Assembly (NCBI GenBank): GCA_963634195.1
Contig: CAVHBF010000005.1
Location: forward strand, 1 to 43,295
DNA: 43,295 nt
Direction of reading: 5' to 3'
From: Bacteroides thetaiotaomicron
Lineage (GTDB): Bacteria > Bacteroidota > Bacteroidia > Bacteroidales > Bacteroidaceae
Below the pieces are notes generated by a model. That model did not search any database. It saw only the letters and a list, made by a program, of their open reading frames with translations, and was not told the DNA's origin. Within the stretch, counting starts at the first letter, position 1. Every line of letters starts with the position of its first letter. A program made the position numbers and the translations under genes. Of this stretch, positions 17,527 to 26,995 are shown piece after piece.

Positions 17527-19110
17527 TTAACAATTAGCCTCTGGCACTTGACTCTTCCTGATGACAGCAGGCACGCCCATGGCAATCCCGTAAGGAGGGA
17601 CATCGTGCGTGACTACTGCCCCGGCGGCAACCACAGCTCCCTTGCCGACCTTCACACCCGACAGAATGACAGCTTTGGGACCTATTATAACATTGTCTCC
17701 AACTGTCACCGGACCGCGTGTGACAAGCTGTCGGTCTTGCGGAAGAATCTGGAGGGACTCAAAATCGGTCTTGCCACACTGGTGATCCGTTATCAGCACG
17801 TCGCGACCTATCTGTACATTGTTGCCGATGCGCACGTCACGTATGGAACTGATGCACACGTTGCACCCGACAGCCACATTGTCGCCAACGGTGATTCTGG
17901 GGGTATAGTTTCCGGTAGAGACACTTTGCAGGCAAAGTCCGGGACCGGACCTGAACCCCGTGCCTATCTGTATGTTTTTCCCCTCCACTGTCACAGGAGC
18001 CTCCACGCTGCACCTCTTAGCCGAACGCACCCTATAGCGAAACCTGTAAGAGACCAGACTGTTGCAGAACTGCCGCCATGCCCGTGTGACAACGGTGTTG
18101 CATACAAGTATGGTCAGAATCGCCAGAACAGCGGCAATAATCCTGCGCAGTACCGCGAGCACAAACAGAACCACACATCCCCAGACCTTGCCAGACACGC
18201 ATCTTTTCAAGACTGAAACGACGGGACGCCAACCCAGATACTGCCGAACCGTTTGCCTGCACACCTTGGCGTCAAGCCCCTTGCCGCCACTGCGCAGCAC
18301 GAACAGCCGGACTATCAGCGGCAACAGACAGTCGCTGACACTTGTCTTCATCTTCATAACCGTGGCAGGCGAAAGGCTTGTTGCGGAACTGTCGTCCTCA
18401 TAGCGGTCAAACACATTGAGGAGGTTTTTCACGTAGGTACGCACAGGATCACGGACTTCCCGTATCGGGTCCGTGCACAGCTCGTTGAGCAGCCTTGGGC
18501 CATAGACCGCATTCTGCTTGCCAGACAAGGCCACATGCAGCAGCAACGGCACGGCAGGAATCCCGGAACCCGCTCCGAATTTGCGGGGGTTGTAGCCGCG
18601 TATGAAATCCGTGCGCACAAGATGGCGGTTCATGTCAACAATGCCCATCTGCACCACCTGTAGGAAATCATCGGCATCGACATACTGCACAAGCGGTTTG
18701 CGCGCTCTGGCGTTAAAAGACAGGTAGACCAGACCGAACTCGTTTTTCTCCAGCACCTGCAGCATCTCATCGAAGAATTCTATCCTGACCACGTTTCGGG
18801 CATCAAGCAGCCAAATGTACTTGCTGCGTACCGGGATTGCCTGATTCAAGGCAAACGTGAAACTGTTGTCGTGACCCAGATTGTCGGTGTTGCTTATATA
18901 CCGAAACGGCACACGCCCCTCAAACTGCTTAACCATGGAAGACGTGCCGTCGGTGGAATCGTTGTCGACGACAATTATCTCCATCCTTTCATGCACACCG
19001 GGGTCAAGCAGTGCCAAACGCTGCAGCTGCTGCTTGAGCGGCAGGGCATTGTTGCGTGTCCTTATGCACAAAGTCAGGATTTTGCCGTAATTGAATGTCA
19101 GCTGGGGCAT
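17527..19110 (-). CDS. Fusion protein: N-terminal GT2 glycosyltransferase, hydrophobic hairpin, C-terminal hexapeptide-repeat (LbH) O-acetyltransferase
   Basis: GT2 signature LTLCIRTRNN...IIVVDNDSTDGT (aa 12-56). Hydrophobic segment VWGCVVLFVLAVLRRIIAAVLAILTILVCNTVV (aa 309-341). LbH repeats ITVGDNVAVGCNV..IGNNVQIGRDVLITDHQ...VGDNVIIGPKAVILSGVKVGKGAVVAAGAVV (aa 405-500), similar to WcaF/maltose-acetyltransferase-type enzymes. Confidence 0.8.
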   Translation of the reverse strand: MPQLTFNYGKILTLCIRTRNNALPLKQQLQRLALLDPGVHERMEIIVVDNDSTDGTSSMVKQFEGRVPFRYISNTDNLGHDNSFTFALNQAIPVRSKYIWLLDARNVVRIEFFDEMLQVLEKNEFGLVYLSFNARARKPLVQYVDADDFLQVVQMGIVDMNRHLVRTDFIRGYNPRKFGAGSGIPAVPLLLHVALSGKQNAVYGPRLLNELCTDPIREVRDPVRTYVKNLLNVFDRYEDDSSATSLSPATVMKMKTSVSDCLLPLIVRLFVLRSGGKGLDAKVCRQTVRQYLGWRPVVSVLKRCVSGKVWGCVVLFVLAVLRRIIAAVLAILTILVCNTVVTRAWRQFCNSLVSYRFRYRVRSAKRCSVEAPVTVEGKNIQIGTGFRSGPGLCLQSVSTGNYTPRITVGDNVAVGCNVCISSIRDVRIGNNVQIGRDVLITDHQCGKTDFESLQILPQDRQLVTRGPVTVGDNVIIGPKAVILSGVKVGKGAVVAAGAVVTHDVPPYGIAMGVPAVIRKSQVPEANC

Positions 19111-19178
19111 GCCGTTTTATGATGTTATGCAGTGTGCGAGCGCACACTAATATGTCTTTTGTCTGACGTAATCACACC

Positions 19179-22100
19179 TTATTTCTCCGACGCGTCGCCG
19201 CTTTCCGTAGCCTTGCAGCTGTACAGTTGCCTGTCTACAAGAATAATGTCGGTAGCCTTGATTTTCACAGGACCGGAAGTCTTTGCCTTGAAACGGACCG
19301 TTGCCAGAGTCACATCACCGGCAATCAGCCCTGTGTTGTTCACACCTACGAATGTAGGATAGAAGGCCTTTGCACCGTTGGTATGAAGACGGTCAAGGCT
19401 AAAATTCGTCAGCTGCTTGGCAGCCTGTGGTTCGTTGCCAACATACTGCAGCTGATTTCCGGAATAAGGTATGGCCAAACTGAACGCATTGACATTGCGC
19501 AGACCGTGCCCCTTTATGGTGACAACAACGTCCTCGCCAGCCTTGTATGAAGACTTGTCCGTGGCAACGGTAATATTGCCTGTCACCTTTTCGTCCGAAG
19601 GAACGGCGGAGCTCTCTCCTATTTCTACCGCGACATTTGATATGTCGTAGGCATCAATGAGCCCGTTGCCGTTTATATCGCCTTTGGAGACATAACCTTC
19701 AAAGTCGGCATCTCCCTGCCTGAGTCCCGTATAATTCATATAGGACGTAAGGTCATTGCTGTCAAGAACTCCGTCGTTGTTTATGTCGCCCGGCACGTAG
19801 AATGCCGAACCCTCCACGCGGAAGATATAGAGTTCATTGCCAGAGCCGAAATCGCCGGAGGCTTTCGTGACATTCAATTTGACATAGCGGGCCTCGGGTT
19901 TTTCCTTGAAAACAAATTCCTTCAGCTTGGAGTCGCACGCCCAGCTCACGCTGCCGGCCTCTGTCCACGTTTCCTTGTCCATGCTTGTAGACACGGAAGC
20001 CTCAAGGACAATGCCGTTTGTGCCCGACCGCCGCGGCAGATACTGCATTATGTCAAGGATATTGACAGAATGCATGTCCATCACAAGTTCAAACGGCACC
20101 GCCTTTTTGCCATACTCAGTGTGCCAGCCTGTTTCCGTGTCAAAGTCAAAAAGCTTGGCAAGATTCTCGCCACCTTGCGATGGTGCGGTACAGGTAGCGG
20201 TCATGCCTTTCACGGCAAACTCAAACGGATCGTTGTTGGTGGTTGCGGCAAGGAGCGTCCAATCGGACACCTTGCCAGGAGCCGCAGAGCGCAATTTGAA
20301 CGAGTACCGCGTCTCCGGCTTGAGATCCTCGAACAGGAATCCGTTGTCGCGGATATCAAAATAGTTCATACCGTTGAACTCTATCTCGTATGCCTGCGCA
20401 CCTTCCACCTTATCCCAACTGAGTTTAAGGCTGTATGGCTTGCGGTCGTCTTCCTTGACTCCGGCATTTGCCGGCGCAGCAAGGGTTGTGGCAGGATTTC
20501 CCGCCAGGCGCGAAGACACCGTTTTCCGTTCGCCGCGCTGCGCCTTGATCTCTACTGTCACGAGGTTTTTGGTAACATCCGTTTCCGGCAGCTTTATGCT
20601 GATGCCGTGGGCAGCCGTCATGTGCGGAGTACTGTCGCCATCCTTAAAGCATGAACTGAAGAAACCGGTATAGTCCACACCGTCTCCCACATAGTACACA
20701 GGTTTGCCGCTTCGTTCAAACTCCTCCTTTGTACGGACAGCTTTCACCTTGAACTTCCTGCCGCCTAAGGTAGCCGTAATCTTGTCTACGGCAATGAAAT
20801 TGTCAACTATGCGCAGCCGGGTTGCCTTCAGCGGTTCCATTCCTGCGAACTTCCCCTTGGCAGGATTGACGGTAACAGTAATCATGGCGCCACTGTCCCT
20901 TACTCCGACTGCGGTGTTTGAAAATTCTCCCCGCAGATAAGCTTGTGTCGTGCCGTCGTCATCGTACTCCACAAAGGACGTTTCACCATTACGTTTCGGG
21001 TAGATTTCATAAATACGCAGTTTCCTGTTGATCTCGTTGACATTGTTGTTTGCTGCGGTCATCGGGATGATTGAGCCCGACTTGACAAACACCGGCAGTT
21101 TCCACAACGGGGCATCGAAGCTGTTGAGTACCGCTCCACCCTGGTAGACATTGCCTGTGAAATAGTCAATCCACTCGCCCCCGGGCAGATAAATGTTATT
21201 GCGGATATCGTTGCCGAGAGTGTCGGCAGAAGTGTTCTGGTAAACAGGAGCCACCAGAATGGACGGTCCGTAGAGATACTCGTATTGGGTGGCCTTGCCG
21301 AGAGTGTACTCGTTGGGGTCTTCAAGGAAAACGGCACGCACCATCGGTTTGCCGTCCACGGCCTCGCGGGCGATGCTGTATGTATAGGGCATAAACATCG
21401 ACTTCATTTTCAGATACGCCCGGTTGAGGCTGGTGGCCGGTTCTCCAAGGGCGTGGGGATATTTTTCGTTAGACCCCCAACCATCCATATTGAGCTGCAT
21501 GGGAGTGAAAGTCTTCCACTGGAAATCCCGGACATTTACCGCCATGTTCTTTCCGCCGAAGATGCCGTCCATGTCGGATGTTATGTTGGGCTGCCCCGCA
21601 AGTCCTGAGCCTATGTAAGTCGGGATATGGAACCGTATATACTCCCAGTTGCCTCCTGTCTGGTCGCCGCTCCATACGCCCCCGTAACGCTGCGTGCCCG
21701 CCCAACCGTCAAGAGTAATGATGAACGGACGCGCATCATTGCCGTACTTAGGCATCGACTCCGCCACATCGGCTATGCCGTTAAGCCCGAACGAATAACC
21801 GGCTCCAACCCATGCCACATCGGTCTTGAGCACACGCACACCGGCATCGCGTATTTCCTTTATGATGTCGCGCTGCAGCAGAGCCGGAATACTGTCGACC
21901 GGATGCAGGTTGCTTTGGGTCCACAACCCGATTTCAACACCGTTCGCGCGTGCATAGTCACCGAACGCCTTGAGGTTCGCGATGTTGCCGTCAAGGGTGG
22001 AAGTCTGACCATAGCCTGCACCGTAGCCGTCATTGGGCAACACCCATCCGAGCGGCATGTCGTGTTTCTTGTAGCGGTCAATCACGGCCCGTGCGGAGAA

Positions 22101-23126
22101 CTGGTAGTTGCCGTCCAGTTCACCGTTGAGGCTCTCGCGGATTCCGCCGTTGTCCTTTTGTTCCTCTTTGTAGAACTTGCCGTCCTCGAATTTCACCACC
22201 ATATATCCGGGGTCGGCTGTCTCTTTCCAATAGTCGCGGTTGTAGGCATTGAGATGTCCCTCATAGAATCCGAACTTAGGAAGAAGTACGGGATTGCCGG
22301 TCAACTGGTAATAGTCGTTAAGAAGCTGCACAGGGGTTTCGTCCACCATGACGAAACAGTCCAGATAGTCCGCCTCGTGGGTCAGCTTTACACAGCCGGC
22401 ATCTTTACTGCCAAAATCATAACGGCCGGGCTTGAAAGTATAGGCCATGAAACCGTATCCGCCGGTAGACCAGTAGTATGGGGCAGGAGAGCAGACTCCG
22501 CCGTCCGTCCAACTGTTCTCGTTGACGATGTTGACTGCATTGCCCTTATGGCTGAACCGTCCGTTCTGTATACCCGCTCCGTAGAAGTACTCATCAGGGC
22601 GCGCCGCCAGCGACACCGTAACCTTGCCGCCGCCTATTGCAACAGGAGCAGTCTCTGTCATTACCGTGCGTCCGTTGCGGAGATCTTTCACGCTTATCGT
22701 TCCGTCCGCTTTACTTACGACAAGTGCTATGCACGATGTCTTGGCCACAAAGGATTCGTTCTCCGTACTTACAGTGATACCACCGACAGGTCTGGCCGGA
22801 TCGGCTGTCAGGATCCACGCTTCGGGTTTGGCTTCAGGATCGCGGAAGACAATGCCGTTTTGCGGGTCATGGAATATCCGGAAGATGTTGGGACCGTAGA
22901 ATTTGATGTATTTCTTCTCCCCCTCGCCCGTCTGCAGCACAAGGATGTTTTCCCGGTTGTCTACTGTGCAGGAAACCACTGTGGAGTTTCCGCCGCTACG
23001 GACAGACTCCAATGTTGCGTCAACGGGGACGTCTATCCCCCATTTGCAGGGAACGGCATCAGCTGCCGATGGATTGAAACCGGACAGAACCATTGCCACC
23101 GCAAAAACAGCCAATGTTTTTTTCAT
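19179..23126 (-). CDS. Modular glycoside hydrolase family 31 (specificity unknown) with FN3, F5/8-type-C (CBM32-like), dockerin-like and cohesin-like C-terminal modules
   Basis: The ATG at 23126 gives the signal peptide MKKTLAVFAVAMVLSGFNPSAADA. GH31 acid/base region WSGDQTGGNWEYIRFHIPTYIGSGLAGQPNITSDMDGIFGG. Nucleophile region LKTDVAWVG. FN3: LSWDKVEGAQAYEIEF. Discoidin-like block. Two EF-hand-like dockerin repeats, DINNDGVLDSND and DINGNGLIDAYD. A final 145-aa beta-rich cohesin-like module. Confidence 0.85.
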   Translation of the reverse strand: MKKTLAVFAVAMVLSGFNPSAADAVPCKWGIDVPVDATLESVRSGGNSTVVSCTVDNRENILVLQTGEGEKKYIKFYGPNIFRIFHDPQNGIVFRDPEAKPEAWILTADPARPVGGITVSTENESFVAKTSCIALVVSKADGTISVKDLRNGRTVMTETAPVAIGGGKVTVSLAARPDEYFYGAGIQNGRFSHKGNAVNIVNENSWTDGGVCSPAPYYWSTGGYGFMAYTFKPGRYDFGSKDAGCVKLTHEADYLDCFVMVDETPVQLLNDYYQLTGNPVLLPKFGFYEGHLNAYNRDYWKETADPGYMVVKFEDGKFYKEEQKDNGGIRESLNGELDGNYQFSARAVIDRYKKHDMPLGWVLPNDGYGAGYGQTSTLDGNIANLKAFGDYARANGVEIGLWTQSNLHPVDSIPALLQRDIIKEIRDAGVRVLKTDVAWVGAGYSFGLNGIADVAESMPKYGNDARPFIITLDGWAGTQRYGGVWSGDQTGGNWEYIRFHIPTYIGSGLAGQPNITSDMDGIFGGKNMAVNVRDFQWKTFTPMQLNMDGWGSNEKYPHALGEPATSLNRAYLKMKSMFMPYTYSIAREAVDGKPMVRAVFLEDPNEYTLGKATQYEYLYGPSILVAPVYQNTSADTLGNDIRNNIYLPGGEWIDYFTGNVYQGGAVLNSFDAPLWKLPVFVKSGSIIPMTAANNNVNEINRKLRIYEIYPKRNGETSFVEYDDDGTTQAYLRGEFSNTAVGVRDSGAMITVTVNPAKGKFAGMEPLKATRLRIVDNFIAVDKITATLGGRKFKVKAVRTKEEFERSGKPVYYVGDGVDYTGFFSSCFKDGDSTPHMTAAHGISIKLPETDVTKNLVTVEIKAQRGERKTVSSRLAGNPATTLAAPANAGVKEDDRKPYSLKLSWDKVEGAQAYEIEFNGMNYFDIRDNGFLFEDLKPETRYSFKLRSAAPGKVSDWTLLAATTNNDPFEFAVKGMTATCTAPSQGGENLAKLFDFDTETGWHTEYGKKAVPFELVMDMHSVNILDIMQYLPRRSGTNGIVLEASVSTSMDKETWTEAGSVSWACDSKLKEFVFKEKPEARYVKLNVTKASGDFGSGNELYIFRVEGSAFYVPGDINNDGVLDSNDLTSYMNYTGLRQGDADFEGYVSKGDINGNGLIDAYDISNVAVEIGESSAVPSDEKVTGNITVATDKSSYKAGEDVVVTIKGHGLRNVNAFSLAIPYSGNQLQYVGNEPQAAKQLTNFSLDRLHTNGAKAFYPTFVGVNNTGLIAGDVTLATVRFKAKTSGPVKIKATDIILVDRQLYSCKATESGDASEK

Positions 23127-23154
23127 GCCAAAAACGTTTTTGTACTTTTCCTTG

Positions 23155-23162
23155 CAAAGGTA
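23155..23162 (-). promoter_or_regulatory. -7 promoter box TACCTTTG (minus strand) upstream of the GH31 gene
   Basis: The minus strand reads tttTACCTTTGcaagg, 29 nt upstream of the ATG at 23126. Confidence 0.45.
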
Positions 23163-23261
23163 AAAAATAATACTACACAATGTACACGCTACAAGGGCTT
23201 TTTTGCATACGGGACGGGCAACCGCCGCCTGCGTTTTCACGGTCGGCCGGAAATGCCGTCC

Positions 23262-24056
23262 TCACTTGAGATTGGATTCGTGTTTCTTTGCCTCTTCCCA
23301 GATGGCATCCATCTCCTCAAGCGTCATGTCCTTGAGGCTGCGTCCTTGTTTGAAAGTTTTCTGCTCAAGGTAGTTGAAACGTGAAATAAACTTGCGGTTT
23401 GTCCGTTCAAGAGCCGTGTCGGGATTGATGTGGTAGAGGCGCGCCGCGTTTATGAGACTGAACATCACATCGCCGAACTCCGCTTCCATTTTGTCGGCAT
23501 CCATATGCTCCACTTCTGCTTGGAACTCAAGAATTTCCTCTTTCACCTTATCCCACACCTGCGAGCGTTTCTCCCAGTCAAATCCCACATGGCGGGCTTT
23601 GTCCTGAATGCGATACGCCTTGATGAGCGACGGCAGCGAGGCGGGAACTCCCGACAATACGGTTTTGTTCCCGTCCTTTTCCTTCTGTTTGATCTGTTCC
23701 CACGTATCTTCAACAGCATCTGCCGTCTTGGCCTCTGCGTTGCCATAGATATGCGGATGGCGGAATATCAGCTTGTCGCACAGGCGGCGGCACACGTCGG
23801 CAAGGTCAAACTCTCCCTTTTCCGCCGCAAACATGGAATAGAAGCACACGTGCATCAGTACGTCACCCAGTTCCTTGCACGTTTCCTTAGGGTCTCCGCG
23901 CATTATGGCATCGCTGAGTTCAAAGACTTCTTCAATAGTGTTGGGACGCAGCGACAGGCTCGTCTGTTTCGAATCCCACGGACACTTCTGCCGCAGCTCT
24001 GCAAGGATGTCAAGCAGGCGGTCAAAAGATTCCAGTTGTTCTTCGCGTGTTGACAT
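23262..24056 (-). CDS. mazG: Nucleoside triphosphate pyrophosphohydrolase MazG
   Basis: Tandem MazG domains with EEVFEL..A and ELGDVLMHV / EFGDVMFSLIN motifs. 264 aa. Starts 11 nt after the valS stop. Confidence 0.9.
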   Translation of the reverse strand: MSTREEQLESFDRLLDILAELRQKCPWDSKQTSLSLRPNTIEEVFELSDAIMRGDPKETCKELGDVLMHVCFYSMFAAEKGEFDLADVCRRLCDKLIFRHPHIYGNAEAKTADAVEDTWEQIKQKEKDGNKTVLSGVPASLPSLIKAYRIQDKARHVGFDWEKRSQVWDKVKEEILEFQAEVEHMDADKMEAEFGDVMFSLINAARLYHINPDTALERTNRKFISRFNYLEQKTFKQGRSLKDMTLEEMDAIWEEAKKHESNLK

Positions 24057-24067
24057 AAAGGCTCCTG

Positions 24068-26773
24068 TTATTTTGCGAGAGAGGCAAGGGTCTCTTTTAT
24101 GGCGGAAATCTTCGACTCCGTGTCGGCAAGTTTCTTGCGTTCAAGTTCCACGACCTGGGCAGGGGCTTTTGCCACAAAACGCTCGTTGGCAAGTTTTTTC
24201 CTTATGCCCTCAAGAAATCCCTCAAGATGCCGGAGTTCAGATTCCTGCTTCTTCTTTTCGGCCTCCACATCGATAAGGTTGCCCAACGGTACGGCAAACT
24301 CGTCTGTCCCCACCATAAATTTGGCAGACCCTTCCGGGCTTGCGGCATTATCGCTGATGGCGCACAGGTTGGACATCTTGACTATAGCGGGGTTGTAGGC
24401 CGCATGAGTGTTTTCGCCTGAAACCACAAGTTCCAAAGGCTCTTTCTGCGGAATGTTTTTCTGGTTGCGTACGGCGCGCACACCTGCCACTATTTTCTTC
24501 ACCGCCTCAAACTCGGCTATAACCTTATCATCGTCCTTGACGGGCAAGTCCATTGCAAGAGGACTTACCATGATACTCTCGCCGTCCTCACGGTCGTATA
24601 TATGCTGCCACAGTTCTTCGGTAATGAACGGCATGAACGGATGCACAATCTTCATCAACAGGTCAAAGAACCGGAGGGTCTCTTCAAAGGTCTTCCTGTC
24701 AACAGGCTTCTGGTAGGACGGCTTTACCATCTCCAGATACCAACCGGAGAAATCATCGGTGAAGAGTCTGAACACCGCCATCAAAGCCTCATTGAGGCGG
24801 TACTTCGAATACAAGTCGTTTATTTCGGCGGCTGCGACCCTGAGTTTGGCCCCAAACCATCTGACCGCTATTCCGCACACCTCCGGCTGCGGTTGTTCTG
24901 CCGTTTCCCATCCCTTTACGAGACGGAAAGCATTCCATATCTTGTTGCAGAAATTACGTCCTTGTTCGCACAGGCTCTCGGCAAACAGGATGTCATTGCC
25001 TGCGGGAGCTGCAAGCAGCATGCCCATACGCACGCCGTCTGCACCGTATTTCTCTATCAGTCCGATGGGATCAGGCGAATTGCCAAGAGACTTGGACATC
25101 TTGCGCCCTATCTCGTCACGCACGATTCCGGTAAAATAGACGTTGCGGAACGGAACATCGTGCATATACTCCTCGCCGGCCATAATCATGCGTGCAACCC
25201 AGAAAAATATAATATCCGGAGCTGTGACAAGGTCGGAAGTGGGATAATAGTACTTTATCTCCCCGTTGCCGGGATTGTTGATGCCGTCAAACAGCGATAT
25301 GGGCCACAGCCACGACGAGAACCACGTGTCGAGGGCATCCTCATCGCGGGTTAGCTGGTCGGCGGTGATATTCTCATAACCGCTGATCTTGCGTGCCTCA
25401 CCAAGGGCCTCTTCCAGAGTCAGTGCGACAACAAACTTCTCGTCCCCGTCATCTGCCGCAGGCAAAAACCAGGCAGGAATGCGGTGACCCCACCAGAGCT
25501 GGCGGCTGATACACCAGTCCTGTATGTTCTCAAGCCAGTTGCGGTATGTCGCGACATACTTCGTCGGATAGAACTTTATCTTGCCTTCAAGCACCGGCGG
25601 CAAAGCGATGTCGGTAAAATGTTTCATCGACAAGAACCACTGCTTGCAAAGGCGCGGCTCCACCGCCGTGTCCTGGTTGCGTTCCGAATAGCCCACCTTG
25701 TTCTCATAGTCCTCCACCTTTTCCAGCAAGGCGGCAGCGTCAAGGTCTTTGGCTATCTGCCGGCGCACAGCCATGCGATCCATACCGACATACATACCCG
25801 CAGCTTCGCTGACAGTGCCGTCCGGATTGAAAATGTCAATGGTGTCCAAGCCGTGGGATTTGCCGAGGGCATAGTCGTTGACATCGTGAGCCGGTGTCAC
25901 TTTCAGACAGCCCGTACCGAACTCTATGTCCACGTAGCGGTCTTCTATCACGGGAATTACACGCCCCACCAGTGGCACTGTCACCTTGTGCCCCCGCAAC
26001 CACTGGTTTTTGGGGTCTTTGGGGTTGATGCACATGGCAGTGTCGCCCATTATGGTCTCTGGGCGCGTGGTTGCCACGACTGCATAGAACCCTTTGGAGT
26101 CCTCATGCAGCACCTCGCCCTCCTGCCCCGTAGGCTTCACCGGGTTTTCGGACGTGTCCGCCACATAATATTTGAGGTAATACAGTTTGCTTTTCTCGTC
26201 ACGGTAGACAACCTCCTCGGCAGACAGTACCGTTTGGGCTTTCGGGTCCCAGTTCACCATACGCAGCCCCCGATAAACAAGTCCCTTTCGATAAAGATCC
26301 ACAAAGACTTTCAGCACACTCTCGCTGCGCTTTTCATCCATGGTAAACGCAGTGCGGTCCCAGTCGCAGCTGGCACCAAGCCGGCGCAGCTGCTTGAGGA
26401 TGATACCGCCATGTTCGTCAGTCCAGTCCCATGCGTGCTTCAGAAACTGCTCGCGGGTCAAGTCACGCTTCTTTATACCCTGTTCGGCAAGGCGGTTCAC
26501 GACTTTTGCTTCAGTAGCGATGCTGGCATGGTCCGTACCAGGCACCCAACAGGCATTTTTGCCGTCAAGGCGAGCCTTGCGCACCAGAATGTCCTGTATG
26601 GTGTTGTTGAGCATGTGCCCCATGTGGAGCACCCCTGTCACGTTCGGCGGCGGAATCACAACGGTGTAAGGTTCGCGTCCATCCGGCTTTGAACTGAAAA
26701 ATTTGTGATCCGTCCAATATTTGTACCACTTGCCCTCGACTTCGGCAGGGTTGTATTTGCTTGCTAACTCCAT
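24068..26773 (-). CDS. valS: Valine--tRNA ligase
   Basis: Class I HIGH ([13 protein letters not shown]) and KMSKS motifs, a CP1 editing insertion, and a C-terminal coiled coil. 901 aa. Confidence 0.97.
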   Translation of the reverse strand: MELASKYNPAEVEGKWYKYWTDHKFFSSKPDGREPYTVVIPPPNVTGVLHMGHMLNNTIQDILVRKARLDGKNACWVPGTDHASIATEAKVVNRLAEQGIKKRDLTREQFLKHAWDWTDEHGGIILKQLRRLGASCDWDRTAFTMDEKRSESVLKVFVDLYRKGLVYRGLRMVNWDPKAQTVLSAEEVVYRDEKSKLYYLKYYVADTSENPVKPTGQEGEVLHEDSKGFYAVVATTRPETIMGDTAMCINPKDPKNQWLRGHKVTVPLVGRVIPVIEDRYVDIEFGTGCLKVTPAHDVNDYALGKSHGLDTIDIFNPDGTVSEAAGMYVGMDRMAVRRQIAKDLDAAALLEKVEDYENKVGYSERNQDTAVEPRLCKQWFLSMKHFTDIALPPVLEGKIKFYPTKYVATYRNWLENIQDWCISRQLWWGHRIPAWFLPAADDGDEKFVVALTLEEALGEARKISGYENITADQLTRDEDALDTWFSSWLWPISLFDGINNPGNGEIKYYYPTSDLVTAPDIIFFWVARMIMAGEEYMHDVPFRNVYFTGIVRDEIGRKMSKSLGNSPDPIGLIEKYGADGVRMGMLLAAPAGNDILFAESLCEQGRNFCNKIWNAFRLVKGWETAEQPQPEVCGIAVRWFGAKLRVAAAEINDLYSKYRLNEALMAVFRLFTDDFSGWYLEMVKPSYQKPVDRKTFEETLRFFDLLMKIVHPFMPFITEELWQHIYDREDGESIMVSPLAMDLPVKDDDKVIAEFEAVKKIVAGVRAVRNQKNIPQKEPLELVVSGENTHAAYNPAIVKMSNLCAISDNAASPEGSAKFMVGTDEFAVPLGNLIDVEAEKKKQESELRHLEGFLEGIRKKLANERFVAKAPAQVVELERKKLADTESKISAIKETLASLAK

Positions 26774-26799
26774 TTTCTCGCCTGTTATTCAGTTTCGTG

Positions 26800-26807
26800 C
26801 AAAATTA
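26800..26807 (-). promoter_or_regulatory. -7 promoter box TAATTTTG (minus strand) upstream of valS
   Basis: The minus strand reads gtTAATTTTGcac, 27 nt upstream of the ATG at 26773. Confidence 0.45.
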
Positions 26808-26940
26808 ACATTTTTCTCTCATGCCGCCTGTCTTTGCAATCCTTTTTCTTGACAAAAGACACGAACGGGACTGCCACAAGTCCTTGACAAACGGCTTTTC
26901 CGACGGCCGGTTGTTTACGGGCAACTATCACAAATAGAAA

Positions 26941-26970
26941 AAAGCCGAGAACTTCACAGTTGTCGGCTTT
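26941..26970 (-). terminator. Intrinsic terminator ending the ECF sigma operon
   Basis: AAAGCCGAgAAC / GTTgTCGGCTTT stem with a 6-nt loop. On the minus strand it is followed by a TTTTTT run (plus-strand A-run at 26935-26940). Confidence 0.75.
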
Positions 26971-26995
26971 AAAAATGAAAAAAATTGTCTTGTTG

